Shown here: in pieces, positions 41,670-51,724 of the stretch
Position numbering within the stretch: the first letter of the stretch is position 1
Layout of the letters: each line of letters begins with the position of its first letter
DNA from: a candidate division FCPU426 bacterium
GTDB lineage: Bacteria > Oederibacteriota > Muellerivitia > Muellerivitales > Muellerivitaceae
Direction of reading: 5' to 3'
Assembly: GCA_963719085.1 (NCBI GenBank)
Contig: CAVRAL010000001.1
Coordinates: forward strand, 1,184,001 to 1,248,000
DNA length: 64,000 bases
Program-made: the position numbers and the translations under genes
Notes under the pieces: generated by a model
Seen by the model: only the letters and a program-made list of their open reading frames with translations
The model's database searches: none
Told to the model about the DNA's origin: nothing

Positions 41670-43250
41670 ATGAGCCAACCCCTCCCTCAGGAGACCGACC
41701 TTCTCATTATCGGCGGCGGCATCAACGGCGCGGGCCTGGCGGCCCTTGCCTCCCACTCCGGCCTTTCCGTCGTCCTTTTGGAAAAAGGCGACTTCGCTTC
41801 CGGGACTTCCAGCAAGTCCACCAAACTGGTTCATGGCGGCATCCGTTATCTGGAACAAGCCAATTTCTCGTTGGTTTTCGAGGCCCTTCATGAGCGAAGC
41901 CATTTGTTGAACCTAGCGCCGCACCTGGTCCATCCGCTGGCCTTTCTTTTGCCCGTCTATAAAGGAGATCAAAGACCGCCTTGGATGCTCAAGATCGGCC
42001 TGTGGCTTTACGACCTTCTGGCCGGCGCGCACAACATCGCCCGGCACCAATGGTTTCCCCCCCAAGCCGCCCTGGCCATGGCGCCCACCCTCCGCTCCGA
42101 GGGACTGTTAGGCTGCGGCCTTTACTACGACGCTCAAGTCAACGACGCGCGGTTGGTGCTTGAAAACATCCTGGCCGCCGAGGAAGCCGGCGCCGTCTGC
42201 CTGAATGACCATCAAGTGCTTTCGGCGCGGGAAACAAACTTAGGCTCGACCGAAATCCGTTTTCAAGACCTGGCCACCGGAAAAGAAAGCGCGCTCTTGG
42301 CCCGGTGCGTGGTCAACGCCTCCGGACCCTGGGCCAACCAAACCGACAAGTTTTTTCACGCCGGGGCCAAACCCCTGGTCCGGCCCACCCGGGGCACCCA
42401 TTTGGTCGTGAAAGAAGTATTGGGTGAAAAGGCCCTGCTCATCACCACCCGGCGAGACAAAAGGGTCATCTTCGTCATTCCTTGGCGGGGCTTTAGTTTG
42501 GTCGGCACCACGGATATCGATGATCCGCGCGACCCGGATCAAACCAAACCCGACAACGCCGAGATCGATTATTTGCTTACGGAGGCGGCCCGGCTTTTCC
42601 CGGGTCAAACTTGGGACCGTTCCAAAGTTTTAGCGGTCTTCACGGGACTGAGGCCATTGGCTTGGGCCGAAGCCGATCACGCCTCTTCCGTGTCCCGGGA
42701 AGACAAGATTTTGCGCGCGCAAAACAAGATTACCATCGTCGGCGGAAAACTGACCACTTATCGGGCCATGGCCGAAAAAGGCTTAAAGGCCGCGATCTCG
42801 ATTTTGGGCAAGCGTATTCAACAAAAAAACTTTAGCCTGCCCGGCGCGCCCGCGTCCTCGTGGAAAGTTTTTTTAGAAACGGAGGTTTCCCAGTGGCCGG
42901 ACCGATACGGTATCAGCGCGGCCCAAGCCGATCACCTGGCTCGCCTTTACGGTCAAAAAGGCGAGGCGGTCCTGGAACTCACCCGAAAAGATTCCCGGCT
43001 TTTGGAAAAATTACACCCCGAACGCCCCGAGATACTGGCGCAAGCGGCTTACGCGGTTGATCATGAAAAAGCGCTTCATCTTTCGGATGTCCTGCTTCGC
43101 CGGCTGGAGATCGGCTATACGCCCTATCATTGGGGCGAGGCCAGTGAAAAAGTAAGCGCTTTTATGGCGAAAAAACTGGGATGGGACTCTAAAACCTTGT
43201 CGCACGAATTAACCGTCTATAAAAATCTTTTGCTTCCCGCCGTTCAATAA
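41670..43250 (+). CDS. glpD: FAD-dependent glycerol-3-phosphate dehydrogenase/oxidase
   Basis: IGGGING, DFASGTSSKSTKLVHGGIRYL, GGKLTTYRAMA. Confidence 0.93.
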   Translation: MSQPLPQETDLLIIGGGINGAGLAALASHSGLSVVLLEKGDFASGTSSKSTKLVHGGIRYLEQANFSLVFEALHERSHLLNLAPHLVHPLAFLLPVYKGDQRPPWMLKIGLWLYDLLAGAHNIARHQWFPPQAALAMAPTLRSEGLLGCGLYYDAQVNDARLVLENILAAEEAGAVCLNDHQVLSARETNLGSTEIRFQDLATGKESALLARCVVNASGPWANQTDKFFHAGAKPLVRPTRGTHLVVKEVLGEKALLITTRRDKRVIFVIPWRGFSLVGTTDIDDPRDPDQTKPDNAEIDYLLTEAARLFPGQTWDRSKVLAVFTGLRPLAWAEADHASSVSREDKILRAQNKITIVGGKLTTYRAMAEKGLKAAISILGKRIQQKNFSLPGAPASSWKVFLETEVSQWPDRYGISAAQADHLARLYGQKGEAVLELTRKDSRLLEKLHPERPEILAQAAYAVDHEKALHLSDVLLRRLEIGYTPYHWGEASEKVSAFMAKKLGWDSKTLSHELTVYKNLLLPAVQ

Positions 43251-43361
43251 TTCCGGACACCCGAAACCTTTTTTCAAAACAAAACAGGCCTTGTTATTTA
43301 ATGGCGTTTTAACTACCCTTCTAAATGAGACAGCAAAAGACAGCCAAACCGGAGGATTTCC

Positions 43362-44288
43362 ATGGAAAAAGTCGTCATCATCGGCTCAGGCCCCGCGGGC
43401 TACACGGCGGCCCTTTACGCGTCGCGGGCCAATTTAAGCCCCTTGCTCATCGACGGTCCCCAACCGGGCGGCCAATTGACGACCACCACCTCCGTTGAGA
43501 ATTTCCCGGGCTTCCCCGAGGGAATCCAAGGCCCCGAATTGATGGAGCGCATGAAGGCGCAAGCCGCCACTTTTGGCACCCGCTACAAAGTGGGGCTGGT
43601 GACGAAGGTCGATTTTTCCAAACGTCCTTTCAAGTTATGGGTGGATGAAAAAGAACTCATTGAAGCCGAAGCGGTGATCGTGGCCACTGGAGCCACGGCC
43701 AAGTACGGCGGGGTTCCCCGGGAAATGGAAATGATCGGGCACGGCGTTTCCGCCTGCGCCACTTGCGACGGTTTCTTTTTCAAAAACCAGGAAATCGCCG
43801 TCGTCGGCGGCGGGGACTCGGCCATGGAAGAAGCGAACTTTTTAACCCGTTTCGCCAAAAGCGTGACGCTGGTGCACCGCCGGGAAGAATTCCGCGCCTC
43901 CAAGGTTATGCTCAAGCGCGCCCAAGAGAACCCCAAGATCAAGTGGATGCTCAACAGCGCCATCACGGAAATCGTGGGAGCGCATACGGTGGAAGCCTTG
44001 AAGATTAAGGACCTGAAGAGCAACGAGGAAAAAGCCTATCCCTTTACCGGGCTCTTTTTCGCCATCGGGCACACACCCAACACCGGCATCTTTAAAGGCC
44101 AGTTAGACATGGATGAGGTCGGCTATTTGAAACTCCCGAATCCGCCCAAGACCATCACCAATATCCCGGGCGTTTTCGCCGCCGGTGACGTGGCGGACCA
44201 TTACTACCGGCAAGCCATTTCCGCGGCGGGAATGGGCTGCATGGCGGCCATCGAGGCGGAACGGTGGCTGGAAGCGCAAGGCGAATAA
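43362..44288 (+). CDS. trxB: Thioredoxin-disulfide reductase
   Basis: GSGPAG, CATC, GGGDSA, HRR, FAAGD. Confidence 0.97.
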   Translation: MEKVVIIGSGPAGYTAALYASRANLSPLLIDGPQPGGQLTTTTSVENFPGFPEGIQGPELMERMKAQAATFGTRYKVGLVTKVDFSKRPFKLWVDEKELIEAEAVIVATGATAKYGGVPREMEMIGHGVSACATCDGFFFKNQEIAVVGGGDSAMEEANFLTRFAKSVTLVHRREEFRASKVMLKRAQENPKIKWMLNSAITEIVGAHTVEALKIKDLKSNEEKAYPFTGLFFAIGHTPNTGIFKGQLDMDEVGYLKLPNPPKTITNIPGVFAAGDVADHYYRQAISAAGMGCMAAIEAERWLEAQGE

Positions 44289-44308
44289 AAGCGAAGACTC
44301 AACCGCTT

Positions 44309-45580
44309 TTACATGGTTCCGGGGATCTGCTGTAAATACTCGGTGTTAATGTCCACGCAAAGCACGAAGCTTTTTTCATCGGTGCTTTTGAACAACCTGG
44401 AAAAAGTGACGCAAAGGCTCCCGGACGACATGGAGATATAGGGATCCGTGATGTAGGTGGCCTTTTTCATCCCGCCTTCGGTCAGCATGTAAAAGTAATC
44501 CCGAAGCGTATGGTCGCTGCCCCGCATGGCTGGATTAAAAATCATCCGGTTCTTGTGAAAAAGCTGCCGGTCGCCAAAAACCGTTTCGGTCAGCTGGAAG
44601 CCGTTCTCATCCAATACATAAAAACCTTCCACCAAAGGGAAAAAGCGGACCAACCCCAATAATTTCGACTCAAAATGCTCGCTGCTGGTTTTGGAAAGCT
44701 CCGCCTGAATCTCCCGGGTCATCATCTCGTATTTGCGCAGGTTAAACCGCCGGACATTGAGCCGCTGGATCACCTTGTCCTTATAGCTGCTGGTGAGCTG
44801 GACCAGATGCCGCTCGACCGAAGCGTCGGAGATAAGATCATGTCGTTGGGGCTGGGCGAAGTAATAACCTTGGGCCATATCCACGCCCATTTCCAGGGCC
44901 ACGCCCGCTTCCCGGTCCGTTTCAATGCCCTCGGCCACAATCAAAGCGCCGATTTTGCGCGCCAAACCGACCAGTGACTTGAAGACTTCCTGTTTATAAA
45001 AGTTCTCGGAGATATCTTGAACCAGATATCGGTCGATTTTGAGGATGTCGGGTTTAAGCAGCGGGATCCGGTTCAAATTGGAATGCCCCGCCCCCACGTC
45101 ATCCAACGCGATCAGGAATCCATAGTCCCGATAGGTCTTGATGAATTTTTCAAGGGCCTCTATCTCTTCCACGTTCGACTCAATAATCTCAATGATGATG
45201 CTTTGGGGATTCAATCCCGCTTCTTGCACTTGATTCATGATATTGCCCGAGCCCTGCACGCCTTGATCCAGTACGGAAGCCTCAAAATTGACCGACAAGA
45301 GCCTTTCCGGGCGGCGGGTTTGGATGGATTGAAAAGCCTCGAAAACTTTTTTGCGGCACAGGCGGTCCAGCGCCAAGGTCGAGCCTTCGGCAGCGGCCCG
45401 GGCGAAGAGATCCAGCGGCGCGATCATCTTCCGGGTGGCGGGTGCCACGCCCCGGACCAAACCTTCGTAGCCGACAATGGAATTGTTTTTAACTGAGACG
45501 ATGGGCTGAAAATACGGGAGAAGATGTTCGCCTTCGATAATTTCGGAAAGATCAAACCCTGAATCCGACGCGGTGTCCAT
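44309..45580 (-). CDS. EAL phosphodiesterase with YkuI-C-like domain
   Basis: EGLVR, DDVGAG, KIDR, EGIE and QGY intact; C-terminal TDPYIS; start moved to 45580. Confidence 0.88.
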   Translation of the reverse strand: MDTASDSGFDLSEIIEGEHLLPYFQPIVSVKNNSIVGYEGLVRGVAPATRKMIAPLDLFARAAAEGSTLALDRLCRKKVFEAFQSIQTRRPERLLSVNFEASVLDQGVQGSGNIMNQVQEAGLNPQSIIIEIIESNVEEIEALEKFIKTYRDYGFLIALDDVGAGHSNLNRIPLLKPDILKIDRYLVQDISENFYKQEVFKSLVGLARKIGALIVAEGIETDREAGVALEMGVDMAQGYYFAQPQRHDLISDASVERHLVQLTSSYKDKVIQRLNVRRFNLRKYEMMTREIQAELSKTSSEHFESKLLGLVRFFPLVEGFYVLDENGFQLTETVFGDRQLFHKNRMIFNPAMRGSDHTLRDYFYMLTEGGMKKATYITDPYISMSSGSLCVTFSRLFKSTDEKSFVLCVDINTEYLQQIPGTM

Positions 45581-45639
45581 GAGCGAGCCTTTTCTCAAGT
45601 GGTGATGCTCCCTTTTTGTTGCAAACAAAACCCGAATGT

Positions 45640-45656
45640 CGCAACAACTGTGCCAT
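45640..45656 (-). promoter_or_regulatory. Sigma54 (-24/-12) promoter
   Basis: ATGGCACAGTTGTTGCG on the minus strand, about 60 nt before the ATG. Confidence 0.8.
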
Positions 45657-45951
45657 TTTGGGATTAAACGAAAATTAAGGTGAATTTACCGTTAAAAACA
45701 AAAAAGCCCCAACAAAAATCTCCATTTGGGAAGACTTGCGACACTTTTGTAGGCGGCTCCTAGAATTTCAAACTCCTCGCGCAAGTTCAAGTTAAATGCG
45801 GGGAAAAATCAGATTTTCCATTCTTTTTTGCGCCAAGAATTTTATGGATGTTTCGCCTTTAAATTTCGATTCTTCTTGAGAAATACGGCGATTACTTTTC
45901 ACCTGACAAAAAAATAGGTAAAGGAACAACCTGTCGGTTTAAGGGTATGAA

Positions 45952-45968
45952 TTGGCACATCCCTTGCT
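45952..45968 (+). promoter_or_regulatory. Sigma54 (-24/-12) promoter
   Basis: TTGGCACATCCCTTGCT, 31 nt before the ATG. Confidence 0.85.
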
Positions 45969-45999
45969 TTACCCAGTGATATCCAAATGGGGAGGGCTT

Positions 46000-47268
46000 A
46001 TGGAAACCGAAATTCTAGCCGAAAAGGGAAAAAGTCCAATGTCCGAAACCGACTTGATCGCTTTGATCGAACAAAAAAGTGTGGCCGCTTTTTACCAGCC
46101 CCTTATTTCCATCAAAAAAAAATCCGTGGTCGGAATTGAGTCCGTGGGCCGCGGCATTGATCCGGAAAACCGCCGGCTCATTGAACCCGATGAGCTTTAC
46201 CCCATCTCCTTCGAAAAAAACAAGGCGCTGGACCTGGACCGGCTTTTCAGGCTCAAGGGTTTGGAAGGCTACGCCGAGATCGAAGCCAAGATCCCGGGGT
46301 TGATTCTCTTTTTAAATTTAGAATCGGGCATCCTCACCGATGAAGTGGTGGGGTCGGGACACTTGCTCAAAATAGTCCGCCAGTTAGGCTTAAATCCCAG
46401 CCTGATCACCATTGAGTTGTCCCAATCCGCCGGTATGGACCTGAACTCGGTCAAACGCTTCGCGGAGATTCACCGGGAAAGTGGTTTTCTCATCGGTTTG
46501 GAAGACATCACCGCCAACCGCATCTGCCTGGACCAGATTTTGCACATCTCTCCCGACGTCATTAAGATTAACGCCAGCATCGTCAACGGACTTTCGAAAG
46601 ATCCCTATAAACGGGAAGACTTTAAGACCATCCTCAACTTGAGCCGAAAGATCGGTTGCCTGATCGTGGCCAACGGAGTGGAAAACGAGGAAGACGCCTT
46701 GGTGGCCCTGGAGTTAGGCGCGGACATGCTTCAAGGCAGTTATTTCTCCAAACCCCAGCGCACGGAAAACTCCAGCATTTTGGGGCTCAAGGCCCGCATC
46801 GTATTTGTCGCCTCACGCTATAAGCGGATCCTGACCGATAAGATCAACAAGGACAAGGACCGCCGGACCCGCTACCTGGCCATCGTGTCGGAGATTTTCG
46901 ACAGCTTGGAAAACGAATCGGAGGATTACGAGAAAAAGTTCGAGGATTTCCTGGGCCGCTATCCCCAAATTGAGTGTCTTTATTTATTGGATCAGGACGG
47001 GGTCCAGGTCAGCGAAACGGTTTTCAACAGCCGCAAGGTCTCCGAGCGGAAAAAATACCTTTTTCAACCCGCGCCCAAAATGACCGACCACTCTTTAAAA
47101 GAATATTATTATTCGCTCATTTACAACGGGTTGGAACGTTACGTCACCGAGCCTTATATTTCCCTGGCCTCGGGCAACCTTTGCGTGACAGTGTCGGGCA
47201 CATTCAAGGATTCGGCGAGCCAAAAGATGCACGTGCTTTGCATGGACATCGACATCATGCGGGTGTAA
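46000..47268 (+). CDS. Degenerate EAL protein with YkuI-C-like domain
   Basis: Paralog of 44309-45580 but with ESVGR, EDITAN, NGVE; GGAGG RBS before ATG 46000. Confidence 0.85.
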   Translation: METEILAEKGKSPMSETDLIALIEQKSVAAFYQPLISIKKKSVVGIESVGRGIDPENRRLIEPDELYPISFEKNKALDLDRLFRLKGLEGYAEIEAKIPGLILFLNLESGILTDEVVGSGHLLKIVRQLGLNPSLITIELSQSAGMDLNSVKRFAEIHRESGFLIGLEDITANRICLDQILHISPDVIKINASIVNGLSKDPYKREDFKTILNLSRKIGCLIVANGVENEEDALVALELGADMLQGSYFSKPQRTENSSILGLKARIVFVASRYKRILTDKINKDKDRRTRYLAIVSEIFDSLENESEDYEKKFEDFLGRYPQIECLYLLDQDGVQVSETVFNSRKVSERKKYLFQPAPKMTDHSLKEYYYSLIYNGLERYVTEPYISLASGNLCVTVSGTFKDSASQKMHVLCMDIDIMRV

Positions 47269-47289
47269 AAACAGCGCGTTTACATTGAT

Positions 47290-47369
47290 CACAAATGATG
47301 AAGGCTGATGGGTAAAACCATTCTGCCGACTGCCTCATCATTCTTTCATCAGTCTCCATCATTGTTAAA
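47290..47369. repeat. Intergenic palindrome, 10-mer-unit family, copy 5 (degenerate)
   Basis: AATGATGAAGGCTGATG ... CATCAGTCTCCATCATTGTTAAA. Confidence 0.65.
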
Positions 47370-47374
47370 TCTTT

Positions 47375-48157
47375 TTATTTAAGGGCCTTCAAAATCGCGG
47401 CGTGCACCAGGCCGTTGCTGGAGACGGCGTTTCCGCCCTCAATCGTCTTGCGGCCAGATAGATCGGTGAATTGCCCCCCCGCTTCTTCCACGCAAATTTT
47501 GATCGCGGCCACGTCGTAGGGCTCCACCACCGGTTCCACCACCGCCTCCGCTTTTCCTTGGATCACCAAAGAATGGCCGTAACAGTCCCCAAAACCCCGG
47601 TCGTCGTAGCATTGGGCGATTAAATCCGTGAGTTTTTTCCGGTAAGTCATCGGAACCAGCCGCAGGCCCCCGTAAGTCAGGGTGCCGCCCCTTAAATCCG
47701 GTATCTTGGAGACATGGGTCCGTTTCCCATTCACGTAACAGCCCTGCCCCTTGGCCGCCCAAACGGTCATTGGAAGCGCGGGATGGTGAATGACCCCCGC
47801 CACCACTTCCCCCCGGTATTCCAAACCGATGAGGGTGCCCCAAAAAGGAATTCCCCGGATGAATTGCCGGGTGCCGTCCACCGGGTCAATCCACCAGCGA
47901 AACTCCGACTTTTGTTTCTTATCCCAGCCAAATTCCTCGCCGCATAATTGGTGATCCGGAAATTTTTTACCGAGAATCGCCCGAATCACCTGCTCGGCTT
48001 CCCGATCTGCCCGGGTCACGGGAGAGCGGTCGATTTTTTTAATGACCGGCACATTTTTCTGAAAATAATGGAGGGCTTTTTGGCCGCCTTTTTGGGCCGC
48101 CAGTCTGGCCGCCGCCAGATATTGATGGAGTCGCTTGGAAGTTAAAGAAGCCGCCAT
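47375..48157 (-). CDS. Inositol monophosphatase family protein (HisN-like histidinol-phosphatase)
   Basis: SPVTRAD, GEE, WIDPVDGT, RGFGDCYG, YDVAA...EEAGG. Confidence 0.85.
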   Translation of the reverse strand: MAASLTSKRLHQYLAAARLAAQKGGQKALHYFQKNVPVIKKIDRSPVTRADREAEQVIRAILGKKFPDHQLCGEEFGWDKKQKSEFRWWIDPVDGTRQFIRGIPFWGTLIGLEYRGEVVAGVIHHPALPMTVWAAKGQGCYVNGKRTHVSKIPDLRGGTLTYGGLRLVPMTYRKKLTDLIAQCYDDRGFGDCYGHSLVIQGKAEAVVEPVVEPYDVAAIKICVEEAGGQFTDLSGRKTIEGGNAVSSNGLVHAAILKALK

Positions 48158-48283
48158 GAAGTCCTCGATCGCTTGGAATGGCGGCCATTCTACACTTGGG
48201 CTCAAGCCGCCCCAAACAAAAAAGGCCCCTGGGGGGGCCTTTTCATCAAATCTGATTCTTTCAAGAACCTGAACGACAGTCCA

Positions 48284-48694
48284 TTACATCATCGGTTTGA
48301 CGGACCAATGAATCGGCTTATTTCCATCCGCGGCCACCAGCGCGGCCTTGGACGGAATCAAGGCGTCGGTTCCGTAGAGATCGCCCGTAATTTCAACCGT
48401 CTTACCCACCAGATTGGCGAAATTAGCCGCGGGAAAAAGCAGGACGTAAACCCGCCCCTTCACCAAAAGACCGGCGGGGCTTCCCAGGTTCAAGCAAGCT
48501 TTCCCGCAGGATTTCATCCCCATATGGTCGTCACCCGAGTCTCCGTCATCAAAATAGCAGGCCAAATCAATGATCGTCCCTTGAAGCGTCACGGTCGTCG
48601 GTTTGGCGGCCTTCATATCCATTGAATCGGCTTGGACCGCTGAACGCGCCGTCAGCCAGCCTAAAATCAAAAACAAGACCGTCAGTTTTCGCAT
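48284..48694 (-). CDS. Small exported protein with Cys/His motif
   Basis: GGAGG RBS, signal peptide, DLACY...H...CGKAC...GSPAG. Confidence 0.75.
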   Translation of the reverse strand: MRKLTVLFLILGWLTARSAVQADSMDMKAAKPTTVTLQGTIIDLACYFDDGDSGDDHMGMKSCGKACLNLGSPAGLLVKGRVYVLLFPAANFANLVGKTVEITGDLYGTDALIPSKAALVAADGNKPIHWSVKPMM

Positions 48695-48781
48695 CAAATC
48701 CTCCTGGAATTAATCCTTCGGTTTAAATAGCGCTTATCACCCCGAAAGGTTTCAAAAAGAGAACCAAGCGCCTAAGAACCT

Positions 48782-48956
48782 TTTTAGCATGGATAAAAGC
48801 GGATGAACGCTGATAAAAAATGACCCAATATTATATTTTCGAAAATCCATGTTTATCTGCATCCGCGCCGCTCTTCCATATAGGTGTCAAGGGAGAGCGG
48901 CATTGTCCCGGGCCTCCTTAACTCTTCTATGGGGTCCCGGGGCATCACTGCTCAAA
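48782..48956. repeat. Intergenic palindrome, 10-mer-unit family, copy 6, right arm interrupted
   Basis: GGATAAAAGCGGATGAACGCTGAT ... ATCCATGTTTATCTGCATCC [79 bp] ATCACTGCT. Confidence 0.8.
48865..48943. mobile_element. 79-bp twin-hairpin insert, copy A (mobility inferred)
   Basis: 64/79 ungapped identity with 53430-53508; same position in the host palindrome. Confidence 0.6.
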
Positions 48957-48980
48957 TGCCTTTTAGTTTTGTCAGAAGTT

Positions 48981-49460
48981 TTAAGTTAATTTTAAAATCC
49001 ACTCCCGGGCTGCCGGAAATTCGGCCAAAAGCTTTTCGGATGGCGCCAGCTCAAAATCCTCAAAATCAAACCCGGGAGCCACCGTGGTTCCCATCAAAGC
49101 GTAGTTCCCGCCCTCATTTAAAAAACCCCCGAACCAGGTTCCCGCCGGAATCACCAATTGAAGAGCTTGGTCTTGGTCGATGGCGGGCCCCAAAACTTTA
49201 GTTTCCGATTTACCGCCGTCGCGCAATAAAATCCAAGTCACCGGATCCCCCAAATAAAAATGGAAAATCTCATCCGACGCGAGCCGATGGAATTTTGACC
49301 GGGCTCCCGGAACCAAAAGATAATAGATGCAGGTGGAAAAAGAACGGCTCGCCCCTTCCCGAAGAGGGATGAGGCCCGAACTGCGGTAAGACTCGCGGTA
49401 GTAGCCCCCTTCCGGATGGGGCTTCAGGTCAAATGATCGAATGATCTGGTCGAGGGTCAT
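48981..49460 (-). CDS. Cupin_5 (DUF985) protein
   Basis: PHPEGGYYRE, FHRLASDEIFHFYLG, VAPGFDFEDF. Confidence 0.92.
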   Translation of the reverse strand: MTLDQIIRSFDLKPHPEGGYYRESYRSSGLIPLREGASRSFSTCIYYLLVPGARSKFHRLASDEIFHFYLGDPVTWILLRDGGKSETKVLGPAIDQDQALQLVIPAGTWFGGFLNEGGNYALMGTTVAPGFDFEDFELAPSEKLLAEFPAAREWILKLT

Positions 49461-49476
49461 GAAACCAACCTCCTTC

Positions 49477-49514
49477 AAAAAAAAAACGGACGGCCTCAAT
49501 CTAAAGGCCGTCCG
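49477..49514 (-). terminator. Intrinsic terminator after the FKBP gene
   Basis: CGGACGGCCT...AGGCCGTCCG followed by a T9 tract on the minus strand. Confidence 0.8.
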
Positions 49515-49529
49515 CGCGCGGCTTTTAGC

Positions 49530-50009
49530 TTATTGAGCGCCTAAGAGCTGCACATCAAAAACCAAGGTGGCATTGGGGGGAATCACGCCGCCGGCTCCCT
49601 GCGAACCGTAGCCCAAATTCGCCGGGATCGTCAGCTTGCGCTTCTCGCCGATCTTCATTCCCGCCACGCCCTCATCCCATCCTTTAATCACTTGGCCCGC
49701 GCCCAGGGTAAATTGAAAAGGCTGTCCCCGGTCCACTGAGCTGTCAAACTTGGTTCCGTCGGTCAGCCAACCCGTGTAATGCACCGTCACTAATTGTCCC
49801 GCCTTCGCCACCGCGCCATCGCCGGGCTGAAGGATTTGATATTGAAGCCCTGAGGCCGTTGTAATCACGTTCGCGTCCGGTGTAGCCGCCATGGTCGTCA
49901 CTCCCGTATTCATCGTTTGATTTTGAACTTCCTTCTTATTACAAGCCATCATCGTCGTCAAAAACCCCGCCACCAAACCCATCGTCATAAAGGATCGAAA
50001 TCCCCGCAT
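49530..50009 (-). CDS. FKBP-type peptidyl-prolyl isomerase, probable lipoprotein
   Basis: [28 protein letters not shown]; start moved to 50009 after GGGAGG; signal ending in MMAC. Confidence 0.94.
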   Translation of the reverse strand: MRGFRSFMTMGLVAGFLTTMMACNKKEVQNQTMNTGVTTMAATPDANVITTASGLQYQILQPGDGAVAKAGQLVTVHYTGWLTDGTKFDSSVDRGQPFQFTLGAGQVIKGWDEGVAGMKIGEKRKLTIPANLGYGSQGAGGVIPPNATLVFDVQLLGAQ

Positions 50010-50172
50010 CGGAACCTCCCTAAAATCATTTCTCAAATAAACCGCGCCAAAGTATACAAGACAGACGGCTTCTTTTTCATCCACCCAATAAAAAAGGCCT
50101 CCAATCAGATCGAGAAAATCCAATGGAAGCCTGATCAAACTTAAAATTTAAGCGCCGGACACAATGGACCCA

Positions 50173-50387
50173 GGCCCAACCTATCCTAGCTGACACGGGA
50201 TGGCCATGACTTAGGAGGATGCCGCCACCCTTATATTATTTGTCACATCATGAACACCAGCCACATGTTGGGCCAAACTAACCGGGGCCCAACATATCCT
50301 TGGCTGACACGGGATGGCCATGACTTAAGAGGATGCCGCCACCCTTATATTATTTGTCACATCATGAACACCAGCCACATGTTGGGC
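50173..50387. repeat. Tandem duplication (about 101-bp units) covering the BON gene 3' end
   Basis: 50173-50273 and 50286-50387 nearly identical. Confidence 0.92.
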
Positions 50388-50555
50388 GGCGCTAAAAGCG
50401 GCCCGTTTGTCCTCGAAATCCTCCGCCGTTCCCGACAAAGTCACATGCCCTCCTCGAGCGGAAACATGCGCGTTCGAGCAAAAAGGCCTTATTTCCCGAG
50501 CCACCACGGCTTCCAACTCGACGTCTTTCGGATCTGAAGCGTATGGACTGTTCAT
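50325..50555 (-). CDS. Small BON-domain protein
   Basis: GHVTLSG...AQHVAGVHDVTNNIRV; AGGAGG RBS. Confidence 0.85.
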   Translation of the reverse strand: MNSPYASDPKDVELEAVVAREIRPFCSNAHVSARGGHVTLSGTAEDFEDKRAAFSAAQHVAGVHDVTNNIRVAASS

Positions 50556-50698
50556 CGCGTCCTCCTATCACTTGAGCTTAGTTTAAGCATACGCCCCTTT
50601 TCCCGGCCTTTCAAAGGTCCTCGATTACCCCGCAGTGTCCCCACCCCGATTCGCCAAGTTGACACAACTTACACCCCTCCTTAAGATGCACGGCTTAT

Positions 50699-51724
50699 AT
50701 GGAAAACGCCCTTCAAGTTGAAAATTTATCCAAAAGCTACGAACGAAAAATCCGTAAACCCGGACTTTGGGGTTCTCTACAGGGATTGGTCTCCACCGCC
50801 TCCGAGCAAGTTCACGCCGTGCAAGGCGTTTCCTTTACCTTAAAACGGGGAGAACGGGTCGGCCTTATCGGTGAAAATGGCGCGGGCAAATCGACCACAT
50901 TGAAAATGTTGACCGGCATTTTGGTTCCCACCGGCGGACGCCTGGAAGTTTTAGGCCGCGTCCCTTGGAAAGAACGCCGTCAATTGGCCTTGAACATCGG
51001 CGTGGTTTTCGGCCAGCGCCCCCAGTTGCTTTGGGACATTCCAGTCCGGGAAACGTTTGAGCTGCTCAAGACCATGTACCGCATCCCCCCGTCGGTTTAT
51101 GACGTTGTCTACAAAGAGGCCATCCAACGTTTAAGATTGGAACCGCTGTTAGGCACCCCCGTGCGCCATCTTTCCCTCGGCCAGCGCATGCGCTGTGACC
51201 TGGCCGCCGCCTTGCTTCACGCGCCGGCCGTGGCGTTTCTCGACGAGCCCACAATTGGCTTGGACCTTTCGGTCAAGGAACAGGTCCGGGAATTTATCAC
51301 GGACATCCAAGCGAAGTTCGGCATCACGCTTCTCATCACCACCCACGACTTAAAAGACATCACCGAAACCTGCGACCGGCTTTTACTGCTGGATAAGGGA
51401 AAACTTTTATTCGACGGCTCCATCAAAGCCTTCGAGCAAAAATACGCCAATGACCGGAGGATTGTGGCGGAGGTGCAGCGGCTTTTGGACGCCGATTTAT
51501 TGGAGCGGTTAAAAAAGGACGTGGCCGCGCTGGGGGGCAAAGTCACGGAAGCCGAAGGCCACCGGATCGTGGTGGAACACGGCGAAGAAAGCGCGGCCCC
51601 CGCCCTCATCCAGCTATTGCTGCAACGCCTGCCGGTGGTGGATATTAATTTGGAAAAGACCGACATCGAAACCATCGTCACGCGCATTTACCGCCCGGCC
51701 GAATCCGAAAGCCGGACTTCGTGA
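50699..51724 (+). CDS. ABC transporter ATP-binding protein
   Basis: GENGAGKST, LSLGQRMR, FLDEPTIGLD. Confidence 0.92.
   Translation: MENALQVENLSKSYERKIRKPGLWGSLQGLVSTASEQVHAVQGVSFTLKRGERVGLIGENGAGKSTTLKMLTGILVPTGGRLEVLGRVPWKERRQLALNIGVVFGQRPQLLWDIPVRETFELLKTMYRIPPSVYDVVYKEAIQRLRLEPLLGTPVRHLSLGQRMRCDLAAALLHAPAVAFLDEPTIGLDLSVKEQVREFITDIQAKFGITLLITTHDLKDITETCDRLLLLDKGKLLFDGSIKAFEQKYANDRRIVAEVQRLLDADLLERLKKDVAALGGKVTEAEGHRIVVEHGEESAAPALIQLLLQRLPVVDINLEKTDIETIVTRIYRPAESESRTS

Noticed and set aside
50173..50387. BON duplication as a DGR template/variable repeat pair
   Set aside because: Differences are few, include an indel, are not adenine-specific, and no reverse transcriptase is present
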